DNA from: Clostridiales bacterium
Lineage (GTDB): Bacteria > Bacillota > Peptococcia > DRI-13 > UBA5745
Reading direction: 5' to 3'
DNA: 64,000 nt
Assembly (NCBI GenBank): GCA_038562165.1
Contig: JBCFAO010000012.1
Location: forward strand, 19,850-83,849
Shown here piece after piece: positions 18,018 to 27,506 of the stretch. Under the pieces are notes generated by a model. The model was not told the DNA's origin and did not search any database. It worked only from the letters and a program-made list of their open reading frames with translations. The position numbers and the translations under genes are program-made. Every line of letters begins with the position of its first letter. Position 1 is the first letter of the stretch.

Positions 18018-18415
18018 AGAAATTCATTCTCCTGCTTTAGATATTTGACTTGATGCGCCAAACGAGCCATCCGCTCTTTATCGGAAAGCTCCCTAACAGA
18101 AGGCCGTCCGGAATTTTCTCCCCTTAAATCTCTAAAATCGTCGCTGCGCACTTCGTATTTATACACGTTTCCAACAAAACGGTCAATACGTTTTTTGCCT
18201 AATACTCTTGGATCAAATCCCATTTCCCTAAGGATTACAGAAGGTGGGTTGCCCTGACGATACTTTTCAGTAAATACCGCCTTAAAGTCATCTGTGTAAG
18301 TTAGCGCTTTATTGCTGACTTTTTTAACATATGGATTTTTTTGCAGTTCTTCTATCTGATCATCTGTAAAATAGTTCCTTCCCATATTACAATACCCTTT
18401 CTGCAATGCTAACAA
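17927..18415 (-). CDS. IS3-family transposase OrfA (HTH / leucine-zipper)
   Basis: 162 aa, basic, ends shortly after the slippery run. Typical IS3 OrfA size. Confidence 0.8.
   Translation of the reverse strand: MLALQKGYCNMGRNYFTDDQIEELQKNPYVKKVSNKALTYTDDFKAVFTEKYRQGNPPSVILREMGFDPRVLGKKRIDRFVGNVYKYEVRSDDFRDLRGENSGRPSVRELSDKERMARLAHQVKYLKQENEFLKKIEFLNRQTERKEKQKPHQKKNSNSSEK
18010..18017 (-). other. Programmed -1 ribosomal frameshift site (A AAA AAA)
   Basis: A8 run (T8 on the + strand) in phase cta-AAA-AAA-atc in orfA. The orfB frame opens exactly here. Confidence 0.75.
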
Positions 18416-18574
18416 AAGGATAACAAAAAAAGACCCTGTAAAACAGAGTCAGTTGAAAGATCAGCGAGAATATCCCCCTTTTCTAACTGTCTATTTTACA
18501 GGGACCATTTTAAAATGGGACGGCCTCTTTTCGATTGCCGTACTATCTCACGTCAAGATATATGCCGGTGAAAC

Positions 18575-19891
18575 TTACTTCTTCAATACCTTGCCGTCAA
18601 AAGCCTTGCTTAACACGGTATAGACGATCAGCGTAAAGACGAAGGCCACCACGGGAGAGACGAAGAAATTGAGTTCCAAGCAAACCTTACCGCAAATACC
18701 GCCCAGAATCCAGGATGCGATAGCGATAGGATTGATATCAATATTGATCTTACTGTTTTTCACAAAATAGCGCTCCGCCACAATCAGGGCAGGCACAGGT
18801 GCTAACAGCACAGACAGGAAGGAAATGATGGGCAATAAATATTTGAGCGCGCCCACAAAGGCAAAGATAGCGGCACAGGCAGAGATGCTAATGGCTATCT
18901 GGGCGTGAGTGATTTTGCCCTTCAGCTTTGTTTCGTTAAAAACATTTTGCAAAGCCAGAGAGGCGCCGTAAATGTTGTTGTCTTGAGTGGTCCACAGGCA
19001 GAAAACGGAGCAGGCAAAAACGAGATAGCCTAAGCCTAAGGCAGCGGTAGCGGCCGAGAAATTGCCGTTTTTCGTGGCCATGGCTACCAGAACGCCGATA
19101 AACTGCAGACAAAACAGTCCGATGAAGAAGGCTAAGGTGCCGCTGACCAATACGGTTTTTTTACTTTTGGCATAACGGCAGACGTCCGGCGTGATAATAC
19201 AGCCAAAAACCCAGCTGCCCACCACCGAGGCAGAGGCGGCGGTAAAGGTCATGGTTTCCCCGGGTACATAAGAGAAAATCGAGGTATAGCCGCCGGTTTT
19301 GAGGCCCACGCCGATGAAGCAGGCTACAGAAAGCACAATGGCGGCCGGCACACCCAAAAAGGAGATGAACTCCAGGCCTTTATAGCCCCGGATAGCGGAT
19401 TGAGCCCAAATAAAAATAACAATAACGCCGGTAATGGAAACGGGAATAGGCCACCAGGCAAAGTTGGTTTGGATCATGCCGGCAAAGGTATTGCCGTTAA
19501 TGCCGATCCAGTTGACGGCGGATAAAGCCAGCAATATGGAGAAAATGCTGGAACCCTTTTTGCCGAAGGCCGTGCGGGAGAGGAAGGAGGTGGAAAGTCC
19601 GGTTTCATAAGAAATAAGGCCTGTACAAACGGCGACAAAAATCAGAAAAGCGTCTGCCGCCAGAATAGCGGTCATGGCCTGGGCAAAAGACATTTTGATG
19701 CCGATAGCAGCCCCCGTAACGAAATTAGACAAGGCAATGGGGTAACCGGCCAACACCATAAAAAGGCTGAGGCCCCCTTTTTTCTTATCTTCCGGTACGG
19801 CTTCAAAAGCGTATTCGTAAGCGCCTTCTTCCTGGACTGCGGGGGGGTTGTTTTGTGATTCTGACAAATCTGTTCTTTCTAATTCTGGCAT
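18575..19891 (-). CDS. NCS1-family permease (cytosine/purine/nicotinate-type, CodB-like)
   Basis: 438 aa, 12-TM pattern, CodB-like N-terminal region. Strong RBS GAGGAGG. Adjacent to the nicotinate cluster. Confidence 0.7.
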   Translation of the reverse strand: MPELERTDLSESQNNPPAVQEEGAYEYAFEAVPEDKKKGGLSLFMVLAGYPIALSNFVTGAAIGIKMSFAQAMTAILAADAFLIFVAVCTGLISYETGLSTSFLSRTAFGKKGSSIFSILLALSAVNWIGINGNTFAGMIQTNFAWWPIPVSITGVIVIFIWAQSAIRGYKGLEFISFLGVPAAIVLSVACFIGVGLKTGGYTSIFSYVPGETMTFTAASASVVGSWVFGCIITPDVCRYAKSKKTVLVSGTLAFFIGLFCLQFIGVLVAMATKNGNFSAATAALGLGYLVFACSVFCLWTTQDNNIYGASLALQNVFNETKLKGKITHAQIAISISACAAIFAFVGALKYLLPIISFLSVLLAPVPALIVAERYFVKNSKINIDINPIAIASWILGGICGKVCLELNFFVSPVVAFVFTLIVYTVLSKAFDGKVLKK

Positions 19892-19986
19892 GGAAAGTCC
19901 TCCTCAATTATTATAGAATTAAATTCCGTGAGCCTTGCGTCCGCTGTCTTGGCGGATTTTACAATAGTGGAAAACGAAACACCTCC

Positions 19987-20020
19987 TTAGCTTGTGAAAA
20001 TGAAAAGATTCACAAGCTAA
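19987..20020. promoter_or_regulatory. Perfect 12-bp-arm palindrome in the permease leader
   Basis: TTAGCTTGTGAA-N10-TTCACAAGCTAA, located about 95-130 nt upstream of the permease ATG. Confidence 0.4.
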
Positions 20021-20035
20021 ACAAAATAACCATAT

Positions 20036-20097
20036 AAAAACACTGCCTGCCCGGAGGCATAGGGGTGACCGTTTATTTCGGCCATACCCCCGGGCAG
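20036..20097 (-). terminator. Rho-independent terminator after hmd
   Basis: On the minus strand CTGCCCGG...CCGGGCAG long imperfect hairpin followed by GCAGTGTTTTTATAT. Confidence 0.7.
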
Positions 20098-20140
20098 ACA
20101 ATATTTTTCCCGGAGGAAACGGGATACAGAAGAATCAGTA

Positions 20141-21544
20141 TTACTGAGCCAGTACAATACCTAGCTTTTCCGCTATTTCCTTGGCCTGGGCCAGGGAGGG
20201 GGAGGCATCCCGCAGTACCAGGCGGCCGCCGCCCCGGTTCAGGGTATCCACCATGAAGGCGCCCTCATCGGTTTCGATGGTGATCTTTTGAATGCCGTAT
20301 TCTTTGTTTTCCTTAATGTCTACGGCAATACCCATCTCTTTGACTTTGTCTACGGCTTTGCCGTACATCTCGTAATCGCCGGTATTGGCGCCGAAGACGG
20401 CTCCCATAAGGACGCCGGGGATATTGATGGCCCGGCGGGCAAAAAGCTCGGGATAAAGCTCTACGGTAACCTTTTTAATATTGCCCTTGGCCAGCTCATG
20501 GACGATTCTGGCGGCATTGGTGGGGGAACCCACGGCCTGGCTGGATCCGCCTACTACGGCGTCGCCGTAGGTCTGGAGGATGGGCTTGGTGCCGTCGGCC
20601 AGCTTTTTAGCGATTTCCTTAGCCTTCTGCAAGGTTTCTTCGATCTGCTTGTTTTCGGCAGCCTTGACCTCTTCGCTGATCAGGGATTCCACATTGGCTT
20701 TACGCTTAAAGAAAGGTTCCATGAATTCCACCACCGTAGGCACCACGGCTTTGGCGGAGACCACATGGACCTCGGCAGCCATGGCGATCATCACGTCGAT
20801 GGGCACATTAACGGTCATATCCACCAGCATGCAGAGGCGGGCGGAGTACATACCGATAAGAATAGCGCCGCCCACATGGGTGGTGCAAAGGGCCGGCACC
20901 AGCACCCTGGGAGTGCAGGGATTGGCGATGGTGGGGGAAATGGCCAGAACCATGGCCTTTTCCATTTGCTCGGGAGTGCCGCCTTCCAAAGCTACGGTAG
21001 CGGCGGAGATGCAGGCGGCGCCGGCGCCGAAGCCTTCCATATTGCAGCCGGTGCTGACCTTGCCTACCCGGAAGATGCTGCCGATTTTCAGGATCAGGGC
21101 GGCTACCTCGGCAATGGCGGCCTCATCAACGCCCTCTGTCTGCATGGCTTTTACGAAGCCGGCATAGGGGCAGGAGTCGCCGGTGCCGGCACAGGGCCGC
21201 AAACCGATGCAGTGATTGCCCACCTGAGCCGCCAGCGTATAAAGCAGGGCGTTATCCAGGAAGGTATCCTTAAAGCATTTCGTGCCTTTAACTTGATTCA
21301 ATTGTGAGGCCACGGTGCCCAGCAGAATACTTTCGCCGTCTTTCAGGCCGATGTCCAGAGCTTTCAGGTTGTGGGCATATTCGTCCATCACTTTTGTGAG
21401 AATCTCTTCCCGGGAAAGGCCTGTACGCAGCTCGCTTTCAATGAGCACCACGTCTACTACCCGGGCGTTATATTCGCTGGCCAGGGCCAGCATTTCCCCA
21501 ATGGTTAAGGGCATTTTTTCCTTAATAGCTTCTCTTAAACCCAT
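20141..21544 (-). CDS. hmd: 2-(hydroxymethyl)glutarate dehydratase (fused [4Fe-4S] L-serine-dehydratase-like alpha+beta)
   Basis: 467 aa with serine-dehydratase-like domains. Cluster context. Start moved to the ATG at 21544, 8 nt after AAAGGA. Confidence 0.75.
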   Translation of the reverse strand: MGLREAIKEKMPLTIGEMLALASEYNARVVDVVLIESELRTGLSREEILTKVMDEYAHNLKALDIGLKDGESILLGTVASQLNQVKGTKCFKDTFLDNALLYTLAAQVGNHCIGLRPCAGTGDSCPYAGFVKAMQTEGVDEAAIAEVAALILKIGSIFRVGKVSTGCNMEGFGAGAACISAATVALEGGTPEQMEKAMVLAISPTIANPCTPRVLVPALCTTHVGGAILIGMYSARLCMLVDMTVNVPIDVMIAMAAEVHVVSAKAVVPTVVEFMEPFFKRKANVESLISEEVKAAENKQIEETLQKAKEIAKKLADGTKPILQTYGDAVVGGSSQAVGSPTNAARIVHELAKGNIKKVTVELYPELFARRAINIPGVLMGAVFGANTGDYEMYGKAVDKVKEMGIAVDIKENKEYGIQKITIETDEGAFMVDTLNRGGGRLVLRDASPSLAQAKEIAEKLGIVLAQ

Positions 21545-21594
21545 GTGATCATTCCTTTCCAAACCCTTGCATACTCATTTTTGATGTGGCAGCC

Positions 21595-22464
21595 TTAGCC
21601 TCTGTTGGCGTATTTGGCTTCAATTTCCCGAATTCTGGGCAGACCGATGAGATCATTGAATTGGGGGAAGGGAATCATTTTGTCGATCATGGTGGCGGTG
21701 GTGCCGTCTTTCTTTAAGCCTTCCATCAGGTCCAGCATGGCTTTAGTGGTGACATAAGTGGAGGCGGTGGGGTAGATGACCAGATTGTAGCCCATAGCTG
21801 CCAGTTTGTCGTTGGGGACCAGGGGAGTACGGCCCCCTTCCACCATGTTGGCCAGGGTGTAAACGGAAATAGCTTCGTTGATTTTCTTCATTTCTTCTTC
21901 GGACTCGGGAGACTCGATGAAAATAATGTCGGCGCCGGCTTCCTGGTAAGCAACGCCCCGCTCTAAGGCTTCTTCAATGCCATGGACGGTCCGGGCGTCG
22001 GTACGGGCCATGATCATGAAATCAGGATCGATTCTGGCGTCCACGGCGGCTTTGATTTTGCCCACCATCTCATCCTTGGAGATTACCTGGCGGCCTGTCA
22101 TGTGGCCGCACTTTTTGGGCATAACCTGGTCTTCCAACTGGATGACGGCTACGCCGGCCTTTTCGTATTCCCGAATGGTGCGGATCACATTGATAGCATT
22201 GCCAAAACCGGTGTCGGCGTCGGCGATAACGGGTACGCCGGCAGCCTCCACAAAAGTGTTGGCCCGCATAACCATTTCCGACATAGTCATCAGACCTGCG
22301 TCGGGCTCGCCCAAGTGGCTGGCGGATTGGCCGTAGCCTGTCATGTAAACGGCGTCAAAGCCTACTTTGCCGACAATCTTGGCAGTCAGCGCGTCATGGG
22401 CGCCGGGGGCGATAATAAGCTTGCCGGATTGGAATAATTGCTTTAATTGTTTTCTGCTGTTCAT
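21595..22464 (-). CDS. dml: 2,3-dimethylmalate lyase (isocitrate lyase / PEP mutase family)
   Basis: 289 aa. APGAHDALTAKI and EDQVMPKKCGH signature. Confidence 0.85.
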   Translation of the reverse strand: MNSRKQLKQLFQSGKLIIAPGAHDALTAKIVGKVGFDAVYMTGYGQSASHLGEPDAGLMTMSEMVMRANTFVEAAGVPVIADADTGFGNAINVIRTIREYEKAGVAVIQLEDQVMPKKCGHMTGRQVISKDEMVGKIKAAVDARIDPDFMIMARTDARTVHGIEEALERGVAYQEAGADIIFIESPESEEEMKKINEAISVYTLANMVEGGRTPLVPNDKLAAMGYNLVIYPTASTYVTTKAMLDLMEGLKKDGTTATMIDKMIPFPQFNDLIGLPRIREIEAKYANRG

Positions 22465-22473
22465 GTTCCAGAA

Positions 22474-23949
22474 TCAATCCTCTCTTAAATGGTTTTTCAA
22501 ATAGGAAAGCACCGGGTCGGGGAAATGGCGGGATAAAACGCCCATGGCGTATAAAAGATAGTCGTGATCAAAATAAAAATCGGGATTGGCGGGCAATAGG
22601 GAAATCCCCGGATCACCAAAAGCTTTGGCCAGGATTTCCTGCCTTTCCCCGGCTTTTGTGTAATAGAAAATTCCGCCCACAGCTAAAACGTGTCTGACTG
22701 CCCGAAGATCCCGGCCCACGGGGGTACCGGCTACCATGCCTAAAACAGGATCGGCCTCTTTGGAAAGATGGCCGGCATGGCGGCGGAGGGCTACGGCGAT
22801 GGCGGCCATGGCCAAGGCCTTGTCCATAGCCCATTCCCGGGGGCTGTCCGGTATGGTGGCCGGCTCTTTTTCCATTTTGCCGGTATAGTCGAGAACTTCT
22901 TCCGGCGTTACCGGCGGCTCCTGAGGGCCCATATCCCGGATTATAGCCAGAGGACCTACCGCCTCCGGAATGCCGGTGGCGCTGACCCGAAGGCCCAGAT
23001 TGCCTTCCACCGTCCGGTAGGAAAACTGCTTTTCGTTGTTGATCACCAGGCCCCGTTCTTCCAGCTTCAGGTTTTCCAGTTCCGGCAGAGCGGAATGGAT
23101 ATCCGTAGTAGCGCCGCCAATGTCCACAAGAATCAGGCCGCCGATGCCTTCTTGCTCATAGGTGCCCTTGGCCAGCAATTCACTGGCTAGGAGCACGGCT
23201 CCCGGCGTAGGCATTACCGTTTTGTCCGCCAGTATGGCTTGCAGCCGGTCTAAGCCTTTGGCCTTCGTAATCTGCTTAATAAACTGAGCGTGAATGGCTT
23301 CCCGGGCCGGCTTGATGTTCAGCTCATGGATGGTGGGCATGATGTTGGGCACCCTGACGTAAGGAATACCTGCTTCATCAAAGCGGGCGGCTACTTCAGC
23401 CTGGGCGTCTTTATTGCAGGCCACCACCACCATGGCTTTGCTTTTGACCCGGACGATGATCTCGGCATTTTCCAGAACGGATTCCCGGTCGCCGCCGTCG
23501 GTGCCGCCGGCCAGCAAAATAATATCCGGCCGGATTTCCTGCAGCACTTCCTCCCGGTATTCCACGGGCTCATCGTAGGAGATAACCTCCATTACCCGGG
23601 CCCCGGCGGTCATGGATACTTCCTTGGCAGCTTTGGCGGTAACCCGGGGCATATAGCCCAGGGCTACCATTCTAAGGCCGCCGGCGGCACTGCAGGTGGC
23701 GTAATGGCGTAAATCGTTACTGAAGCTGACGCCCTGGCCGGCTATGGCCTGCCGGGCATTTTCCACCCCCAGCAACACATCTTCCAAGGTGGTGGGAGAC
23801 TGGCCCCGGCCCAGAAAAATCAGGTTTGCCGGCTCTTCCAGGCGAAAAGCCGTAGCCTTGGTGTAGGTGCTGCCCACATCATAAACGAGAAGATTGGCTT
23901 CCTTTGCCTTTGCCGGTTCAAGGCTGTGGGCGGAATTAAGCGTACTCAC
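22474..23949 (-). CDS. mgmL: GlmL/MutL-type mutase reactivase (2-methyleneglutarate mutase accessory protein)
   Basis: YDVGSTYTKATAF and LLAGGTDGGD motifs. GTG at 23949 is 9 nt after GGAG and just after the mii stop. The alternative ATG at 23991 would overlap mii by 38 nt. Confidence 0.7.
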   Translation of the reverse strand: MSTLNSAHSLEPAKAKEANLLVYDVGSTYTKATAFRLEEPANLIFLGRGQSPTTLEDVLLGVENARQAIAGQGVSFSNDLRHYATCSAAGGLRMVALGYMPRVTAKAAKEVSMTAGARVMEVISYDEPVEYREEVLQEIRPDIILLAGGTDGGDRESVLENAEIIVRVKSKAMVVVACNKDAQAEVAARFDEAGIPYVRVPNIMPTIHELNIKPAREAIHAQFIKQITKAKGLDRLQAILADKTVMPTPGAVLLASELLAKGTYEQEGIGGLILVDIGGATTDIHSALPELENLKLEERGLVINNEKQFSYRTVEGNLGLRVSATGIPEAVGPLAIIRDMGPQEPPVTPEEVLDYTGKMEKEPATIPDSPREWAMDKALAMAAIAVALRRHAGHLSKEADPVLGMVAGTPVGRDLRAVRHVLAVGGIFYYTKAGERQEILAKAFGDPGISLLPANPDFYFDHDYLLYAMGVLSRHFPDPVLSYLKNHLRED

Positions 23950-23953
23950 GGCC

Positions 23954-25105
23954 TTAAGCTCCGTAAATCTTATCGGTTTCCACAAAAGCATAGCCTTCCA
24001 TCAGGCGGCGGGCCGTCCGTTCGATGCTGGCTTTCACCACTTCGCCGTCTTTGACAGCAGCCCCTACGGGGATGACGCCGGCAGGATGGCCGATGCGCAC
24101 CGTCTCGATGCTGTCGATATGAGGAATGACCTGGTTGACGATGGTGCCGGGGATCTTGGCGGCAGCGCCGGTGCAAGCCGTGCCGGTGCCGGGATAAGTC
24201 TTATGCAGCACCTGCATAAACATCATGCGGGAAACGAAGTCAACATCGCTTTTCTTGATGGTGTTGCCGGTGGTGAAATCCACATAATCGGCGGCTTCGG
24301 TAACAAAGGCGATCATGGGGAAAGCGGGGGAGAGCTTAGTGGCTTCTTCCTCGGTTTTGGCCTTGCCGATAATGACGGTGCACTTGGCCCGGATCTCTTC
24401 CAAATAAGCCAGCAGCTCTTTGTTGCCGTTGATTTCTGTGGGATTTTCCGTACCCTTCATGCCTACGTCTTTCGCCCGCACAAAGAGGCAGGGGTTAGAC
24501 AGGTCCACCATGGACACTTCGATGGGGCCTTTGCTGGTTTCCACCACGTCTACCACGTTGCCGGTGGGCAGCAGCTTGCCGGTGGAAGAACCGGCGGTGG
24601 CGGCAAAATTCATCAGGATAGGAGCGGCGGTGCCGGGAACGCCGTCGATTTTGCAATCGCCTTTGACTACGGCTTTGCCGTCTTTGACCTGAACTTCCGC
24701 AACCAGGATCTTGCCGGTATTGGTGTTGTGAATGCGGACAGTGGTTACAGGCTCCACAGCCCGGACAATGGATTCATCAATAGCAAAGGGGCCTACGGCG
24801 GAGGAAATATTGCCGCAGTTGCCGCTGTAGTCGATGACGGTGTCGTTGATGCTGACCTGGCCGAAGGTGTAGTCCACATCGGCGTCGGGACGGCTGGGGG
24901 GGCCGATGATGGCCAGCTTGCTGGTCAGGGGGTCGGCGCCGGCTAAACCGTCGATTTGACGGACGTCGGGGCTGCCGAAGATGGCCAGGATAATTTTGTC
25001 CCGGATAGCTTTGTCGGAGGGCAGGTCATTTTCTTTCAGGAACACGGCTTTACTGGTGCCGCCCCGCATGATGACGGTTGGAACACGAAAAACATCAGAC
25101 TGCAT
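23954..25105 (-). CDS. mii: 3-methylitaconate delta-isomerase (PrpF family)
   Basis: VIMRGGTSKAVF PrpF N-terminal motif. ATG at 25105 is 9 nt after AAGGAG. Confidence 0.85.
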   Translation of the reverse strand: MQSDVFRVPTVIMRGGTSKAVFLKENDLPSDKAIRDKIILAIFGSPDVRQIDGLAGADPLTSKLAIIGPPSRPDADVDYTFGQVSINDTVIDYSGNCGNISSAVGPFAIDESIVRAVEPVTTVRIHNTNTGKILVAEVQVKDGKAVVKGDCKIDGVPGTAAPILMNFAATAGSSTGKLLPTGNVVDVVETSKGPIEVSMVDLSNPCLFVRAKDVGMKGTENPTEINGNKELLAYLEEIRAKCTVIIGKAKTEEEATKLSPAFPMIAFVTEAADYVDFTTGNTIKKSDVDFVSRMMFMQVLHKTYPGTGTACTGAAAKIPGTIVNQVIPHIDSIETVRIGHPAGVIPVGAAVKDGEVVKASIERTARRLMEGYAFVETDKIYGA

Positions 25106-25118
25106 GTGTATCAACTCC

Positions 25119-26963
25119 TTATTTATTTCTTGCCTTTAATAGGGCTTCTGTTTCAGCAATGATCTTATCCGTATCGGTGCCGGGGCCATAGAAGGCGTCT
25201 ACGCCTAAGAAATCAATGCCTTCATCAGCGATTTTCTTTTCATACATGGCATGCTCTTCTTCTTTTTCGGCAATACGGCCGCCGGCGATGATCAGGGTCT
25301 TATCCCGCCGGCCCAGCTCTTCCAGACGCTGGCCTACCCGGGGAAAGAGGGTTTGAGCCATGCCCAGCAGGTTGTTGATGCCGATGATGTCGGCATTGGC
25401 TTCGGCGGCTACTTCCGCTACGGTTTCCGGCAGGTTCATGCCCCGCAGGTAAATGATATTGAAGCCTGCCTTCTGGTAAGCTTCCCGTACCTGGTTGATG
25501 CCCTGGACGTGGGCGTCGGCGCCTACGGTGCCCAAAACGATGGTTTCCGGCCTGTTGGCTTTGACTTCCGCCGGCACGGTGATATTATCGATGGAAACCG
25601 CTACCCGCTCCGGATCGATGCCCAGGGGAGTGAAGCCTTTGATGTAGCGGGTGATGCCGTCATGATCCCGGTGAACCTTGACGTGACGCTTCAGATCCCA
25701 GCCGCCGGCCCGCTGGCAGTCGAAGATACCGCTTTTGCCGGCTTCCACAGCCTTGTCGATAAGCTCCTCATCGCTCCACTGCATCCAGAATTCCGGGGTA
25801 ATCTGGTCGGGAGTCAGGTTCTTTACGCCCAAAGCGCCTTCCAGCACAGCCATGGCCTCGCTGAGGATTTCTTTTTTCCTGGCGTCGATAATGGGAGATT
25901 CGATGGGCTGGGTATAAGTACCGTCAAAGACGTTGCGGGTGGCCCAGATGGACTGGCCCATGGAATCTCCGGTGGGAATACCCACGGATTCGGCAGCCTT
26001 AGGCCGGTAGAAGTGGGCGCCGCCCAGCTTGGCATTGATGGCCATCCGGGCAAAATGAGCAGACTCGGCGATCAGGTTGGGCGGCGGATTCTGGAAGGTT
26101 TCCGGTACCACGATCAGGGATTTGCTCCACATATTTTCTTTAAATGCCTGCATAACGGCCAGATCCGCATAGATGTTGATGCCGGCGATATTCATCTGGA
26201 TAGCGGACAACTCAGCCGGCAGGCCGGCGTGAATGGCCAGGCCCTCGGCCATCAAGCACATGGCCAGAGCCATACCGTCGGTGCCGCCGATGTTATTCAA
26301 ATGCTTGTGGGAGTCAAGCTGTACGAAGATATTGTTGTCGGCGCAGACCTGAAGGGCTTTGTAGCCGTTAACTACCTTCGTTTTGTAATCATGGATGCCC
26401 CGGCCGCCGAAATGGACGTGGATCACCGGACCGATGTCGGTGCCGTCAAAGCCGGCAATTAAAGCATTGATAATGGAAAGGTGGGGGGTGTCCCCGGTAG
26501 CGTTAATCCGCACCGGATGCTTGGCGCCGCCGCCCATTTGCACGTAGTCCCGCTCTCCTTTGGGAGTGATGCCGCCTTTGCCCCGGGACTGCTCGATGAG
26601 TTCCCGGCCTTTCAAAGGATCAATATGGCGGGTGGCTTCGGAATGGACGAAGTGGAAGAGGGTCTCGTCGAATTTTTCGGCGTACTCATACATGTTCTTG
26701 GATTCTTTGTATGTTTCTTCACCGGTATTGCGGCCCAAAATGGGATTCTGCACAGGCCAGCCTCTTTTTTCCGCCAGCTGGGCCAGCTCGTAAATACGGT
26801 AACCGCTGCGGACTATCCCCGCTACTTCCCGGGGATAGGGCGCCGGCAGGCCCACAACTTCGCCTTTTTCGTCCAGATCCGGCATCTCCACGCCGAAAGT
26901 GTCGGCATAAGCCCGGACGGCTTCAATATCTTCTTTGATAATACGTTTTGTCTTTTCTTGCAT
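25119..26963 (-). CDS. mgm: Coenzyme B12-dependent 2-methyleneglutarate mutase
   Basis: 614 aa. C-terminal cobalamin-binding domain with GADAHVQGI (DxHxxG). Followed by mii and the GlmL-like gene. Confidence 0.88.
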   Translation of the reverse strand: MQEKTKRIIKEDIEAVRAYADTFGVEMPDLDEKGEVVGLPAPYPREVAGIVRSGYRIYELAQLAEKRGWPVQNPILGRNTGEETYKESKNMYEYAEKFDETLFHFVHSEATRHIDPLKGRELIEQSRGKGGITPKGERDYVQMGGGAKHPVRINATGDTPHLSIINALIAGFDGTDIGPVIHVHFGGRGIHDYKTKVVNGYKALQVCADNNIFVQLDSHKHLNNIGGTDGMALAMCLMAEGLAIHAGLPAELSAIQMNIAGINIYADLAVMQAFKENMWSKSLIVVPETFQNPPPNLIAESAHFARMAINAKLGGAHFYRPKAAESVGIPTGDSMGQSIWATRNVFDGTYTQPIESPIIDARKKEILSEAMAVLEGALGVKNLTPDQITPEFWMQWSDEELIDKAVEAGKSGIFDCQRAGGWDLKRHVKVHRDHDGITRYIKGFTPLGIDPERVAVSIDNITVPAEVKANRPETIVLGTVGADAHVQGINQVREAYQKAGFNIIYLRGMNLPETVAEVAAEANADIIGINNLLGMAQTLFPRVGQRLEELGRRDKTLIIAGGRIAEKEEEHAMYEKKIADEGIDFLGVDAFYGPGTDTDKIIAETEALLKARNK

Positions 26964-26977
26964 GATACGTCTCCTTT

Positions 26978-27469
26978 TTATGAAATTCCTAATTCTGCCC
27001 GCACCCGGGGAATCAGACCGCCGTAGTCCAGGGTTTTCAAAACATTATCCGACAGAGGCTTAGCCGTAACCTGGCCATCGGGATAACGAATCTCACCCTT
27101 GACCATATCGACTTCGATAATATCTCCGTCCTTCAAAGCGCCGGCAATATCAGCCGCATAAACGGGCAAACCGATATTGATGGCATTGCGGCGGAAAATC
27201 CGGGCAAAGCCGGTGGCCACTACCAGACTTACGCCGGCCATCTTCAAAGCGATAGGGGCTTGTTCCCGGGAAGAGCCGCAGCCAAAATTGCGTCCCGCCA
27301 CGATAATGTCGCCGGGCTGTACCCGGTTGACAAAATCAAGGCCGGGGGCTCCTGCCATAGCGTATTTGCCTAATTGTTCAAAGGGTTCGGCCATGGCGAA
27401 GCCAGGCAGAATCTGATCTGTATCCACATCGTCACCCAAGACAAAAACCCGTCCTTTTATTACTTCCAT
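26978..27469 (-). CDS. dmdB: 2,3-dimethylmalate dehydratase small subunit (LeuD-like)
   Basis: [12 protein letters not shown] and [14 protein letters not shown]. Start set to the ATG at 27469 after GGGAGGGA. Confidence 0.85.
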   Translation of the reverse strand: MEVIKGRVFVLGDDVDTDQILPGFAMAEPFEQLGKYAMAGAPGLDFVNRVQPGDIIVAGRNFGCGSSREQAPIALKMAGVSLVVATGFARIFRRNAINIGLPVYAADIAGALKDGDIIEVDMVKGEIRYPDGQVTAKPLSDNVLKTLDYGGLIPRVRAELGIS

Positions 27470-27506
27470 TTGCGCATCCCTCCCAATTGATTTCATTCGC
27501 AAAGTA

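Larger units (their letters stand above)
17042..18463 (-). mobile_element. IS3-family insertion sequence (about 1.42 kb)
   Basis: orfA/orfB in the 0/-1 frame arrangement. Putative ends TGATCTATACATGG (17042->) and TGATCTTTCAACTG (reverse complement from 18463). No obvious target-site duplication, so boundaries are tentative. Confidence 0.7.

Noticed and set aside
19892-20035. Riboswitch (purine or other) in the 250-nt leader of the NCS1 permease
   Set aside because: I could not recognise any known riboswitch core by eye. Only the palindrome and a terminator belonging to the upstream operon are evident. This needs an Infernal scan.
20288-26462. Long antisense ORFs inside hmd, mii and mgm (for example 20288-21307 339 aa, 23894-24946 350 aa, 25251-26462 403 aa). 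Similar ones occur at 3545-4501 and 52580-53482.
   Set aside because: These are shadow ORFs typical of GC-rich coding DNA. They have Gly/Ala/His/Asp-rich low-complexity translations and lie opposite genes with clear family motifs.
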